Shown piece after piece: positions 38,865-53,525 of a DNA stretch of 64,000 nucleotides; the stretch's first letter is position 1; each line of letters begins with the position of its first letter. The notes beneath the pieces are model-generated. The model ran no database searches and was not told the DNA's origin. It worked only from the letters and a program-made list of their open reading frames with translations. The DNA is taken from positions 101,618,001-101,682,000 of the forward strand of contig NC_043005.1 in the NCBI RefSeq assembly GCF_006345805.1, written 5' to 3'. Source of the DNA: Octopus sinensis. Taxonomy: Eukaryota. Position numbers and translations under genes: made by a program.

Positions 38865-39165
38865 AAAAACGCTGTCTACCAATGCAAGGTTTACACGGAC
38901 TCAGATGTCTTCACTTATGTAGGGGCCTCATCCTCAAGATTGTCTTTGCGAGTCTCCAACCATTACGCAACTGGGACATGAACAAGCGCCAGACCACGGG
39001 ACTCAGTAAGCTAATATGGCGACTGAAGGATACGAACTTAAGCTACAGGCTGGAATGGTCAATTTTGTCGGTGGCCCTCCCATTTGATAGGGGCAGAAGG
39101 CAGTGCAACCTTTGTGTCTCCGAACTCTTCCATATTTTGTTTGCCAGAGGCCGGATGGTAAACGG
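38865..39165 (+). pseudogene. GIY-YIG endonuclease domain of Penelope-like type (frameshifted)
   Basis: VYQCKV...FTYVGASSSRLSLRVSNH, then in another frame TTGLSKLIWRLKDTNLSYRLEWSIL...RRQCNLCVSELFHI. Confidence 0.8.
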
Positions 39166-39808
39166 GCTTTTACAGTCGGCTTTTCGATGCCCCCATTGGC
39201 GGCGTTACACTTATCTGGCTTTTAAATAGCGTTTATAAATAATACCGGCACCCATAGCCCTTCGTAACAAATTCTGAAATAGCCTTTAAGATATCTACGA
39301 TTAACCAGTGCAAGGGGAATTACTCCTGTAAGATAAACGGGGCTTGGTTTTTTCACAACGGGGGGTTTCCTTGACAAGGCAGGCTTAGATGAACACACAC
39401 ACACATAAAACATAATATATATTTTTTTCTGCCACCCAACGGTTCTCACTGCAGTAGCCACTGACAGCCGAACGATCAAACGCACACACGTACACAAAAA
39501 ATGTTTTCTACCCCTACGCCAGCACACACATATATAGAACAGTATACACACACACGTCTCTAAGTAGATTTTTTCTCGCCCCTTATAAAACATCCAATAT
39601 TCCTTAAATAGTCAGAACTTTATTCTCGGTCACAAAGAACATCTACACACCCTCACCCACATGATTGACCGATGCCTGACCCGTTAAATTCTTCAGCCAC
39701 GGTTCTCAACATACACTGATAAACAGTTTCGCCATGGGCTCTTAGGAGCCTAATTCGATTTGTTTTGCTCCGCCTCTGTTCTGTTTTTGTTTTTTCCAAC
39801 GGATTTCC

Positions 39809-39901
39809 TATTTCTTCCTGAAGAGAAAGACACAATATGGTCCCATTATTCAATCGGATTTTGGTAAATTGTGCCTTTCGAAACGCGTGTAGAATGAAAT
39901 A
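39809..39901 (+). ncRNA. Type I HHR with extended stem II
   Basis: tatttc.ttc-CTGAAGA-gaaag a cacaat...attgtg c ctttc-GAAAC gcgt GTA-gaa t gaaata. Confidence 0.75.
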
Positions 39902-39967
39902 AAACGATTTCTGTTCAATCTGCGTTCAGCTCCATTTCTTCAATTCACCAATAATATTTTATATATA

Positions 39968-40040
<73 letters not shown>

Positions 40041-40229
40041 AATGGGACATCTCTTTAGTGCATGGATCGCGCCTCAGGCTCGGGGCACTGTGACAATATG
40101 CATAATGGTATTTCAAAAGAGTTGGATGACAATTTATTTAGAAAGTCGAGAAACATTTTCTGGTTTATAAAGGCTATTTCGAAAGATTTAAGATGAATTT
40201 GACTTAGTTACAACATGGAAACAGTGGTA

Positions 40230-41300
40230 AAGCTGGCAGTAATAATTCAAAGACTGAAACTGAATACCCCGAGCAGCTGAAGAAGGCGACACAAAAGAGC
40301 AAGTCTACACTCTTGGTGAAATTGTACTATTCTGGGAGCTCATGCCTGCTAGATCTTTAATTCCTTGAGAAGAAAAAAGCAGCACGAGGATCTAAGGCTT
40401 CAAACGTCGTCTGACGTTACTGGGGAGAAATACAGTAAATGGAATGAAATTTAAGCCCCTATTTACCAAGAGTTTTCGAGCGTTCAATCTGCATCTGACT
40501 TGGTGTTCAAAGTTTAAAAAGAAGATATGGGTGACTACATCATAGGTAGTGGGTAGCGATTTTCTTCACTACTTCAGTGAGTGACAACCCTGCCTGACAT
40601 GCGTCCCGGTCTCAGCTGGCTCCGGCTGACAGAACTTGGTATGGGCCCCTATCCAGGCTTACAGAAATGAGACAACCTTCAAAGAAATCCGGAGTGGAGC
40701 CCCGTAGGCGGTTTAGTGTCCGACTCGACACTCTTCCGGCAGCTCCTGCAACCAAGCTGGTGCCAAACGTAATGCTCTGCACTCCTTTGGACTACGTCAG
40801 CAAGGTCAAGAGAGGAGTCTTGACGTTTGGGCGACCCAGGATTTTCATACATCTAGCCCAGGCCTGCACAAAACTAGACAAAACGGGAGAGGACATGAAA
40901 TGTAAAAACCAAACTAGATTAGTTTATACACAACTCCCTTGTCTCCCGAGACAAAAGGATGCCAGCAAATGGGAGACTAAAAAGCATCTTAAAGAGTGGT
41001 TTACAAAAAGCTTTTGTTATATTGTAAAAAGCTATTGCACTCGATATTTCCAGCATAGCATTGCTTTTTTAATTCGTTGCACCAAAATCTTCCGTGAATA
41101 GAAACGTAATTTCTGACAATGTGAATGTAGAATATATCCTCAAGAGCTTTCCAGCTTCTTTGTTCCAATCAATGGATCAAGATGCGGCGATAGCTAACTG
41201 GGAGGAATATTATATAAGAAGTTTGACAAAAAAACCAGGGAAGCAATTAATAGGGTAGATAAACCTCAGTGAAAGACTCTTAGACGAAGTTCAACGTAAT
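40230..41300 (+). mobile_element. Decayed pogo/Tigger-like transposase, interrupted at ~40560-40990
   Basis: QVYTLGEIVLFWELMPARS; GFKRRLTLLGRNTVNGMKFKPL; FQSMDQDAAIANWEEYY. Confidence 0.7.
40560..40990 (+). mobile_element. Insertion in the pogo remnant, possibly an RTE LINE 5' fragment
   Basis: GC-richer block containing aatccggagtggagcccc, recalled as RTE 5'-like and not verified. Confidence 0.35.
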
Positions 41301-41899
41301 GGATGCAGTAGATTACGTAGCTGGATCATAGGATGAAGTGAAACTTTCAATAGGGGATGGCATTCGGAAAAATATATTGGTCAAACTGTATTCGTGACAA
41401 GTTTTCCAAATGCAGAAAGTTTACATCAGATTCTGAAAACTATTGACACTTGCAAATGATGTTGAGTCTGAAGATGTCATGGAAGATGATGTGTTTGGGT
41501 TGTGTCTTATAGAGGAGATGATGCTGATAAAACAAAGAGAATGCTGAGAATATAAATGAATATAAGTTTCAAGTTGGCTCTGTTCCTACGCTGACAGAAG
41601 ATATTATCCCGCACCCCTCCAGTAATTCTCAGTCCACCACACCGTCTCCCACACAATAGTAAAATATTTTGTCTAAGAAGTGATCTTTGCGATATAGTGA
41701 TTCGTATTTATTCCATAATCTATTTTCCTGCAAATGTTTCTTTGCTAGAGGTCTCGCACATTCACAAAACGTTCTTTAGGTTGGCCAAAACTGGTCTCAG
41801 GTCCCGCGTTAAAAGAAAAAGAGGTGGTACTCTTGTGGTTCTGTAACCGATATTTGACCTTGATCGCTTCAATTTTCTTTCTTGTGTTACAGAGTAAAC

Positions 41900-42535
41900 A
41901 TGGCCGATTTGCTGTCAGTGTGCACCAAGGAAGAACAGAAGTGATCTGACTTCACTGGTCTGAAGATGCTTCTCTGGTTGAAATTCATTGCAGGCTTTCA
42001 GTGCAACGTGGGGATATCAATCTAACGCGAAGAAGTGTGTATGATCCGATCGAGAAGCTTAAAATCGTCAGAGAATCGTGAAGCACGAAGAAGGAGCAGG
42101 ACTTCTATCGACCACCTACATAAATGTGAAAATTCAAGAAGCTCGAGAGATGGTTCTGGCAAACCAACGAGTGACCATCGATGGGATGGCATGTTCCCTA
42201 TAAGTTACTCATTGTTCTGCATGCGAAATCATCTACGACAAAATTTGCATACGTAAAGTCTTTGCAAGATGGCTGCCAAAGGAGCTTACCGGAAGCGCAT
42301 AAACGGAATCGTATGGAGAGCTATCAACGCTTATTAGACCGCTAAAACGATGGAAACGAAGTATTTTGAACAGATTTATCACGGGAGATAAGACCATCAT
42401 TTTGAACCAGAATCTAAAAGATGGAGTATAGTGCAGAAGCACCCGGAATCGCGAAAAGAAATTCAAAACTCAAACTTTCTCAGCAAATGTGATGGTATCC
42501 GTTTTTTGGGGGACGCATAAAGGATTATACCGGAA
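41900..42535 (+). mobile_element. Mariner transposase 5' two-thirds (decayed)
   Basis: CTKEEQ; AREMVLANQRVTIDGMA; IRKVFARWLPKEL; ITGDKT; HFEPESKRWS; VMVSVFWG. Confidence 0.85.
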
Positions 42536-42664
42536 CATACATACATACATAAATACATACATACATACATACATACATACATAATACATACATATATACA
42601 TACATACATACATACATACATACATACATACATACATACATGCATGCATGCATGCATGCATACA

Positions 42665-42696
<32 letters not shown>

Positions 42697-43119
42697 CATG
42701 TAATATAATTTTCTGGTATATATTTCATTTTAGTATTTGGTATACACTTTCTTCGTGACAACAAGAAAGAATTCAATGAAGAACACTCTAGAACGTAATT
42801 TTGTCTTCAGTATGGCTTTTGTTTCTCTATTTCTCAAACGCAAACACACACTTATGTCAACAGAATCACTCGCATATTCTTCAAATTCAGTTGATATGTT
42901 AATAATAGCAACACTCGAGAGCACGACTCAGGGGAAATGGTTAACTCCCGCATTTAATTCTTAACCCTCTCTAGACATGTTGACATTTAATAGTCATCAG
43001 CTGTTGTAGACAAATAAAGATCAATAAAATATTAGCTGTAACCAACGTCAGGAATGAGAAACTCGGAGTAACATTAACGTCAAATGAAGAAAACTAAGAT
43101 TTAATTGGTATTATTAAAC

Positions 43120-43810
43120 GAAGGCTTCGAGCCCGCAGGATCCTTAGCGCGTCGAACAAAATGCCTGGTGGGATTTCTTCCGACTCTCTAGAGTCTGAAT
43201 TCAAATTCCGCCGAGGTCGACTTCGCCTTTCATTCTTTCGGGGTCGATTAAATAAGTACCAGTTACGCACTAGGGTCGATATAATCGACTTAATTCGTCT
43301 GTCTGTCCTTGTTTGTCCTCTCTGTGTTTAGCCCCTTGTGGGTAGTAAATAATTAGGTATTTCGTCTGCTTTTACGTTCTAAGTTCAAATTCCACCGAGG
43401 TCGACTTTGCCTTTCATCCTTTCGGGATCGATAAATTAAGAACCAGTGAAATACCGAGATCGATGTAATCGACTTGATCCCCTCCCTGAAATTTCAGGCC
43501 TTTTTTCTTTTAGTAGAAAGGATTATTATTATCACTATTATAAGTGGCGAGGTGGCAGAATCGTTAGCAGGTTGGACAGAATGCTTAGGGGAATTTCTTC
43601 ATTCTCTTTACGTTCTGGGTTCAAATTCCACAGGGGTGACTTTGTATTTTATCCTTTCGTGCTCGATCCTTGTGCAAAAATTTGGAGCCACCATTAAATC
43701 GATGTTAAAGTAGTGAGCTGTCAGGATTGTCAGAACGTCGGATAAAATGCTTAGCGACATTTCTTCCGGTTTTCCTTTCTGACTTTATACCCACTCTATG
43801 TTAACTTTGG
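43120..43810 (+). mobile_element. Cluster of SINE family B copies (one with a duplicated body, two degenerate heads)
   Basis: Family homology. Confidence 0.8.
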
Positions 43811-44309
43811 CTTTCTATCTTTCGCCTACATCTTTAATTAAATGTTTACCGTCAAATGTTCATGTTATGCAATCGTCTTAGAATTCTGAGATAGCTTTTT
43901 TGTCTGTTCATTAACCTATTCGTAGCAGATCGTTTATAGTATTATGTAGATCAGAAAAACACAAGTTTTGCCGATCGGCCGGGGGCTTAAATTGGCACAT
44001 GAAAGTGTATTATGACCTACAAGTGGGTCAGTAAATTGTGTTGTTAGGGACGAACATATATGTAACATCTGTGTCACAAAGGGAGGGTCACTTACCAGAA
44101 AAGCTACACTCTAACTGTTCACACATCAGTTAGATTCTGAAATGCTTCAACCAATGACTATTGACTTTACTCGAGAACGAGGAAACGGCCATCATGCATG
44201 CATGTATGTATGTATCTATGGATGTATATATGTATGTATGTATGTATGTATGCATGTATGTATGTATGTATGTATGTATATATGTATGTATGTATGTACG
44301 TATGTATGT

Positions 44310-44650
44310 ACGTAAGCTGGACTCAAGAGTCATCTTCGTAGTCATAAAGCGAGACAGATGAGTGACAACCTGGCCACTGGTGGTGGTGTAACGCACCATA
44401 CTAATCATATCTGTCGGGCATGTGGAAGAGAGTGTAATTCGGCAGGAGGACTTAAACGACATGCAAAGGTACATGAAGCCCAGTTACAACTACAGCCGGC
44501 TATTACCGGTAAAGGTTTTAGTTACCAATTCTGTACAAGACATTGTAGATCTTTAGCTGGGCTAAAAAGTCACATTCGATCATAGCACCAATAACAGTTA
44601 AGCTTCGTGCAATGGCCATACTCGATAACGAAGGGGCAGCCATAATGTAC
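44310..44650 (+). mobile_element. RTE-like LINE 3' end with two C2H2-like motifs
   Basis: CRACGRECNSAGGLKRH and FCTRHCRSLAGLKSHIRS*, then actcgataacgaaggggcagccataa and a simple-repeat tail. Confidence 0.65.
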
Positions 44651-45517
44651 GTGCGTACGTGTGAGTGCGTGTGTGTGTGTATATATGTCTGTGTCTGTGT
44701 ATGTGTGCACGTACGTATGAATAAAGCATGATCAAACACGCGCCCCTGTATCATATATATATATCCACGCACACGTCTATATAGCTATTCAATTAATTAT
44801 ATAAGTTTGTAACTATACAAAACAGACTTACATACACACTATTTTACTACACGTGCATTTACAGCCGTAACGCCAGAGGTAATGAACTGAGACAATGCTA
44901 AGGTAGATATACACCTGATCATATGTATATACTGGTGCACCAGCAACTGGCGCATAGGTGTTACAAACTGACATCACTGTATGTGTGTCGTGTGCACGAA
45001 GAAACATGTCTGTGTGGAGAATATATGAATAGTTGAAACGGTTTCCTCTATTTCACGTTGTTTCTCTTTAAAAGTACTTTTTCACACCTGCAACCACCCT
45101 CTCACACAATGAATTTAACCGCACAGAGGGTATTATAAATGAGCAGCCATTGTAGGTATGTATATATGTATGTATGTATGTATGTGTGTATGTGTGTATG
45201 TGTGTACGTATGTATGTATTTATGTATGTATGTATGTACGTTTGTATGTTTGTATGTATGTGTATATGTGTATATATATGTATGTATGAACGTATGTATA
45301 GATGTGTGCTTGCTTATGTATATATTTCTATATCAGTCTCTCTTTCTATTTGAATATATGCATGTATATACACACACACACATATATATATATATATATT
45401 ATATATATATATATATATATATGCACACACACAGAGACTCACAAAAATACATATAAATATATATATAATGTATCAAAAGTATATATATATATATATATAT
45501 ATGCGAATATATATATA

Positions 45518-45557
<40 letters not shown>

Positions 45558-45839
45558 GTGTTTGTGTATATATATTCTTACGTACACACGTGCCCGCAGC
45601 ACTCACACGTAAATTCTGCGTCGACGTTCGTCGTTTCGTGATCGATAAATATGTACCTATAACCGAGGTGAGGGGTGATGTAACGTATACTTTAGAAGCT
45701 ATTGTCGCAGTGTGACATAATATATATATTCATTTGACGCATATGTGTGTATGTATGACTATATAATAGATATATTCGTATATTGCATATATATATATGC
45801 AATATATGTATATATATGTATATATGTATATATATGTAA

Positions 45840-45924
<85 letters not shown>

Positions 45925-45933
45925 ATATATAGG

Positions 45934-45998
<65 letters not shown>

Positions 45999-47583
45999 TT
46001 ATGTATGGATGGATGGATATAAGTATATATCTATATCTACATCTATCTATATGTGTGTGCGTCTGTATATCTGAGTGTGTATATATGTATACACACACTC
46101 ACACACACACGTACGCACGCACACACACACACGCACACACACACACATATATATACATGCATACATGCACTGATGTACCTATATGATTCAGTTAACTTTT
46201 AATGGGATATCAGTTTCTGTGTCCAAGTCCACATTACTACATAGGGGAAATCCATTTAATACCTAACAGAACTTTGCAAATTCATCGACAGGCTTTCGAG
46301 CCTTTTACAAATACATTTTATTTTATTTTTTTACTTGCCATTCGTGTCTTAAAGCGTCCCTTTCATTTCTCTTTCCATGTACGAGTACCAACCTTATATC
46401 TGGATCAACGAAAATCGTCCTTACTTTCAGGTGCAGTTTTCCGAAACAACATTGCCAGTTCGTTCGTTGTGAGCCGACTGAATGAGGCGTACATCACACA
46501 GCTGCCTCAAAGAAGCAAGACCACGTGGGTCCGGAAATTCTGATCTCGATTATCTGTAGTTATTAATGATGACGTCGTTACTTGAAGGCAGCTCAGTCCA
46601 CGTACATACGAGCAGCCTAAATTTAGCCTATGTCTAAGAGATATATCAAGTACATCAAGCAGAAAACTTTCGATCTGGACGACAATGTTCTATCAATACT
46701 TAGTTTCTGAAGCAAACTGATCTAGAATGAGCAAATCGGTTCAATCTATGTAACACTTTGAATATAAAACAGTTTCGCAAAATAGGAAAATTGTCTGAAC
46801 TTGGTCAATGGCTCCCACATCGTTCAACTGTTTTTCAGCTTAATCAATGAGTTGCTCTCAGCCCGTCATTGAGAATTAGACTGGTTACCTAACCCTTTCT
46901 AGGTTAAAATCATCAAAGTGATTATAAGACTTTCTATAACCATATCCAGCAAAAGTGACAATGGTTAGTATCCTACGTAAGAGGAGAATCCATCGCAAAA
47001 CAAGACTACACTCCTCCCAAAATTATGTTCCCTCTTCGGTGTGACATGAGCCGTGTCGTCTGCCATATAGTGTTAAACCAACCCAAAAGAGCCAATGCAA
47101 AATATTGTCAATTGCAGATAAACAGCCCATCATTGGTCAATCGTAAAGGAATGTTGCCTGACACAAAAATACGAGGATATATATTACTCAAGTGGTTCGC
47201 GGGGTAAAAAAACACCCCATAACACTAAATATGGAAATTTCATTTCGTCCTACTTAATCTCCTAAGCTTGCTTCATTGCACGATCATCTTTTCAAATCAT
47301 TGCAAGATTTATTTGAAAGGGAAAGAGTTGCTTAATCGTGTAGAGGTTAAAAATGACACAGAGTTATTCTTTGCTTCAAAATCTAAAAGATTATACACCC
47401 TAGAGATCAAGAATTTCTTAAATAGATGGGATTATATTATAAGTATTGAAGGGAAATAACATTTTGATTAAGTGTATCAAGAAAGACCAAAGACTAATTT
47501 GATCAAAGTCTAAAGGGACAGGGATTTTTTCCAAACTTTGTGTGTGTGTGTGTGTGTGTATACACACACGCACACGCACACAC

Positions 47584-47634
<51 letters not shown>

Positions 47635-47883
47635 GCATGTATGTATACACATGTGTATGTGTGTGTGTGTGTATGTCTGTGTGTATATATACCTGCATAT
47701 ATGCATAAACACGTACGCACTCTCGACAGAAAGCACACACATACACACACAGACGCACACACACAGACATACAAACATACATTAAAAATCTCTCTGACCA
47801 TCTGTTTGTCTGTCTGTCTGTGTCTGTCTGTCTATCTCTCCCTCTCTCTCCCCTTCTTCTCTCTGTCTCTGTCTCTGTCTCTA

Positions 47884-47945
<62 letters not shown>

Positions 47946-48638
47946 AATGGACATGCATACACATATATATATATATGAATGCGTGTATGTATATATATTT
48001 GTATGTATCGATGTATGTTGAACGTGCATTTACGCTTGTATGTTTGTAACAATCAACATTTCACAAGTATAGCAAGCACTATTACTCCCGGAACAACTGC
48101 TCAGAATAAATTTCATAGCTATTATATAATAAAAGAATAGATAATGCACCCGCTTCACACCCCTGCACCTCACCACCTGCGTCACTTCATGATTGCAGCA
48201 CAGTTGCAGTTCTGTCACAGTTGCACTGAACTATCGCTGTCTCTTAACTAGCATGACTAATCAGCATCCACCCGTATTCTACCCGCTGTGTACAATAATC
48301 CGCCTCAGTGATGAGGAAACACGTCACTCTATATACCCTTCCACTCTCGTGAATCTTTTCTTCACCTTCTCCATCTATTCTTTCTTCTAGCTTCCTCCTC
48401 TTCCTCCTCCTCGTCTCCTCTTCCTCCTCCCCTTCCTCCTATTTTTGTTCCTCAGCCTCTTCCTCTCTTTCCTCTTATCCGTATACTGTCATACGATTGG
48501 TTGATATCTAGATCGGTCAGATATAGTTAGACAGACTCGGAAAACAACTATTAGACAAAATGCATATATATATATATATAGATACATACATATACATATA
48601 CATAATATACATATAAATATATTATATATATAATATAT

Positions 48639-48676
<38 letters not shown>

Positions 48677-48682
48677 CACACC

Positions 48683-48714
<32 letters not shown>

Positions 48715-48761
48715 CATACATATACATATACATATTATACATATCATATATAATATATTAT

Positions 48762-48793
<32 letters not shown>

Positions 48794-48803
48794 CTTTACA
48801 CAC

Positions 48804-48840
<37 letters not shown>

Positions 48841-49407
48841 CTACATACATATATATATATATGTGTGTGTGTGTGTATGTATGGAGGTAGGAATATATGT
48901 GAGTGTGTCTTCATATCATACACACCACACGGACACAAACACACGCACACACACGAGCGGGTGCGCGCCAAAATGAAACGAAAACGATCTAAAAGAAATA
49001 ACTCCGAGTAGCCAGTGGCATGTGTGTTTCAACAACAAAGACGCATAAAAGTATATTACCATGCCAGATAAATTAACGATTTCTTGGAACCATTTTCGCT
49101 CCCAGAGAAGGTAGACCAGCCACCTAATGGTAATTGTTACCAACTTCAAATGAGAAGAGGAGATAATCTCAGAAGGAAGAATCTTCCAAAATTGACATAC
49201 CATTAAGTGGAAGTCAATATACACCTATATACATAGGCACATACGTAAATGCATACACACATTCATACATGCATTACATACTCATGTGTATATAAAAATG
49301 CATATATATATGTAAATACATATATGTGTGTGTATATATAAATATATATATATATATATATAACTATATATGTGTATGTTATATACTTATACGTGTATAT
49401 ATCTATA

Positions 49408-49800
49408 TACTAGCAGTATCGCCCGGCGTTGCTCGGGTTTGTTTCGACCCTTTAGAATTAGAATTTTTGAAAAGTAAAAATTTTGCATTATGTAGTTTGT
49501 TATTCTCTTTGCGCGAACATTTTTCTGGTTTGAGATACACCGAAAATGACGACACAGCAGTCAAATAATCGTAAAAAATGGGGATTTTCATAGGAAAAAA
49601 GCACCTTTTTGATGTAAATAATTTTTGTTCTTAACATAGTCTGATTTGAATTTTTTCTCCTACAGAATGAAGAGCAAGCCTTCTTCTATCATACTCTCAA
49701 TTTTGGTCAACTTGCGCCGCAGGGTCTGGGAGGAGATTGTGTTAGTTGAAGCCTACCAAACCTGCCACACACAGACAACTTCAGCTACATATATAGAGAT
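49408..49800 (+). mobile_element. Non-autonomous Helentron/Helitron2-like element
   Basis: Starts TACTAGCAGTATCGCCCGGCGTTGCTCGGG, ends cagacaacttcagct..atatatagag. Second copy at 58492-58870. Confidence 0.7.
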
Positions 49801-50489
49801 CTATACCTCTTATGTTCAGATATACGTGTCGATTCAAAACGAACGCACCAAAGCAATCAGTAAACAAAAATACTCTCTATAGGGATTCCTAAAAGCTAAT
49901 AGCAAAAAGCAAGGGAGACAATTCTAATAAGATCGGTCGATTGAAATATTTATTTGACAGAGACAATGGCAGTGGATGTGGTTTGTAAGTAATATAATAT
50001 TGCACTGGATAATTTAGTCTGGGAGACACTGTCGTTTTATCACTAATATAAAATTCAATGCAATTACACATTCTTCTGTTGTATTTGCCTGTCTACGTAT
50101 TTGTTTGTGCGCATATATGAATACGTGCGTGTGTGTGGGTGTGTGTGTGTGTGCGTGTGTGTGCTTGATTCAGAAGCTTAAGGAAGATGCAGGTGAAATG
50201 AGACACTATTGAATAGTGAGATGTAGTTTTACATCTGAAGATCATTCAGTAAAATCAAATAAAACGACAATTGTAATATGCAAGTTGATGTCTTGAGTAA
50301 ATTTAGTAATTAATGCGTCAAATTTAAGGAGATTGCTATCTAAATGTATTTGGAAAAGTGTTCGAACCGTTTTCTATGCAAATTAACAAATGTACTCTTT
50401 GTTAGTAGATGACTACAAGCGTGTGTATCTATGTGTATGTATGTATGTATGTAGTATGTATGTATACACACACATATCATATATTATAT

Positions 50490-50523
<34 letters not shown>

Positions 50524-51506
50524 TAATATATATATATATATATAATATATATATTATATATATATATATGTATATGTATATATAGTTTCACATCGAAAAA
50601 CTAACTACGACTTAATATTTCCTCTCACACCGTCTCCGATGAAGGGATATTATTAATTAATATCCTAGAAATAGCTGTAAGACCTTCTATCTATAAATGC
50701 AAAAAATTCATATATATATATGCATCGTTAGCCACTACAGACATTTTTTTCTCTCCTTGTTTTTTCTGCGTCCCTCTCTGTAGAAGAGCGTAGGCTTGAA
50801 ACGTAAAAGACTATTCCTGTACTAATACATCTGTTTGTTTTGTACACCACCTGTCTTCGTCTTTTTTTTCGTAAACTCTCCCTATATATATATATATTTG
50901 TATGTATGTATATGTACGTATTTGTATATGTATACACACACAAAAACACATACATACCCGTACACACACATATATTATATGTCAACTGCTCTGTTTAATC
51001 ATGAAGCTATAAATGATAGAGTTAAAAACCTTGAAGAGAAGAAATGGAATGTTACTGTTGGGACTTTAGCCCACATCATCTGATAACATGAAAAACGTTC
51101 TTTCTTTGAACCAAAGCAATCTTTTGATGTGGGTTTTCTGTCCTACGGGCAGTCTTCGCTTTATTTCCAGCTAAGCATTTATAGATTTATCTACTTCGAG
51201 GTCCATCGATGTATTTCATGTCTAACGAAGTTTCTAAGTTTTTATGACTTCAGCAACACGTGGGAAAGTAGAAAGCTTCTAGAATGGTTAGAGAATTTTG
51301 AAGCATTACTTAGGTACAGTGCTTCTTATCCGTCATGTTTGCAGTCGATGTGAGTTCGAGTCGGAGAGCCTCCGATATTTCCCCAGTAAGATAATTTTTG
51401 ATCATATATTTATAGCTATTATTTATAGCTTTATCAATTTCGAGTTCTTCGGTTAAAAAAGAAAGATATATTTCGTGTCTTTCTGATTTTTATGGCGCAA
51501 ACTACG

Positions 51507-51555
<49 letters not shown>

Positions 51556-51597
51556 GCACACACACAAGCATGAATATTTATAAATAAATATATATTC

Positions 51598-52012
51598 CTT
51601 TATTCTTTTACTCGCTTCAGTCATTTGACTGCGGTCATGCTTACTGGAACACCACCTTCAGGGCTTTTAGTCGAACAAATCGACTCTGGGCTTATTCATT
51701 GTAAGCCTAGTACTTATTCTATCGGTCTCTTTCGTCAAACCACTATGTTACGGGGACCTAAACACACCACCATCTGTTGTCAATCGATGGTGAAGGAGGG
51801 ACAATTACAGACACAAACACACAAATGTGTATAAATATGTGCATATACGACGGGCTTCTTTCAGCCTCCGTCCAAGAAATCCACTCACAAGGCATTGGTC
51901 GACCCGAGTCTGTAGTAGAAGACATTTACCTCAGGTGGCACGCCATGGGACTGAACCCAGACCTATGTGTTTGGGAAGCAAGCTTCTTACCACACAACCA
52001 CGGTTGCGCCTA
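51598..52012 (-). mobile_element. SINE family A
   Basis: Family homology. Confidence 0.85.
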
Positions 52013-52359
52013 CATGTGTATATATAGATATATATATATATATATAAATGTGACCGCGTGTGTACCGTTGGCGATTTTTTTCCCTCTATCTTCCCTTCTC
52101 TGGATCTTTCCTTCTCTTATCATGTCATCGTAACATACACGTAAAGGCGTGTGTGCGCCGGATTACAAATATGAAATTAAAACAACACTATTTGTCACTA
52201 AATACCTATTTTTTTTATAGCTGCAATTATGGATCTGAGCTTTTAATTGATAAATTAACCATCTCCCCCCCGCATCAATCCCCTCCACCTTACACAATCT
52301 AAAAACCCTCTTGTAAGCCTCTCACAAAGCATTACTCAGATCCACTTATCTCTGCTTCA

Positions 52360-52650
52360 CCACCACCTCCACCATTACCACCACCACCACCACTACTACC
52401 ACCAACAGCACCACCTCCACCACCACCACCACCACCACCACTACTACTACTACAACTACTACCACCGCCGCTACCACCATCACCATCACCACTAGCACCA
52501 CTATCGCTATCACCAACACCACCACCATCACGACCATCACCACCTCCACCACCACCACCACCACCACCACCACCACTACCTCCCCCCCACTGCCTCCACC
52601 ACCACCTTCGCCGCCGCCGCCACCGTCGCCACCGCCGCCACCACCACTTC
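52360..52650. repeat. (CAC/CTA/CGC)n low-complexity tract
   Basis: Direct inspection. Confidence 0.9.
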
Positions 52651-53390
52651 CGTCAGCCACTGTATAATCCGGATTGTTCTTCATTACACACACACACATT
52701 TCCACACACACACACATCCACGTATTAAGAACAATATGTCTCACCTAACGACGCTCAGCGTATAATCCCCCCCCCATACAATGCCTCTTACGCCTCCCAT
52801 CGTCTCACTCCATACATCCTCATCTCACTGCTTCTCTCTCAATCTTTTGTTTACTCACCAATCCACGACCCTTAAAAGTAAAAATGATGACGATTACCAT
52901 GGTGACAATGATGATAACGATGACACCAACAACTCTCTTACTCCCCCTCTCTCTCTCTCTCTCACTTACTGTCTGTCTGTCCGTCTCTATTGTCCTCTCA
53001 CTTCTTTTCATGATCGCTGCTGCTGTTTCCGCTTCTGGCTCTTCGCTTCTCCTCTTCCTCCTCCTTTCTTATTATATCGTACTCCCTGTTTCAACTCCTT
53101 AATTCAGTATTACTTCCGAGTCTCCTTTATATATCTCACAAATCGTGACAATATGTATGTATGTATGTGTGTATTATATATATACATATATATACATATA
53201 TATATATGTATATATAGATACATATATATATAGTATATATATACATTAATATGTATATGTATTATATTATTGTTATATATATATACATATATTATATATA
53301 TATACATATATATACTATATATATGTTATACATATATATATATACATATATATTATTATATATATATATATATTATATATATATATATAG

Positions 53391-53423
<33 letters not shown>

Positions 53424-53525
53424 ATTAATCAATATAGTTGGTGGCAAAAAAATTTTGTAGATATTTTTTGCCACCAGCGGCCTAGTGGGAAAAAATTAAA
53501 TAGTCATAGACCATTTATAAGTCAA

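Larger units (their letters stand above)
38420..39960 (+). mobile_element. Penelope-like element remnant bounded by a 39-bp inverted repeat
   Basis: GIY-YIG fragment, HHR near the 3' end, and 38420-38458 is the reverse complement of 39922-39960. Confidence 0.75.

Noticed and set aside
38426-38866. 146-aa minus-strand and 123-aa plus-strand ORFs upstream of the GIY-YIG fragment
   Set aside because: Low complexity with no recognisable domain. Probably alternative frames of decayed element sequence.
46430-46543. Possible plus-strand exon after ccttactttcag
   Set aside because: All frames stop within ~110 nt and the peptide is unrecognisable.
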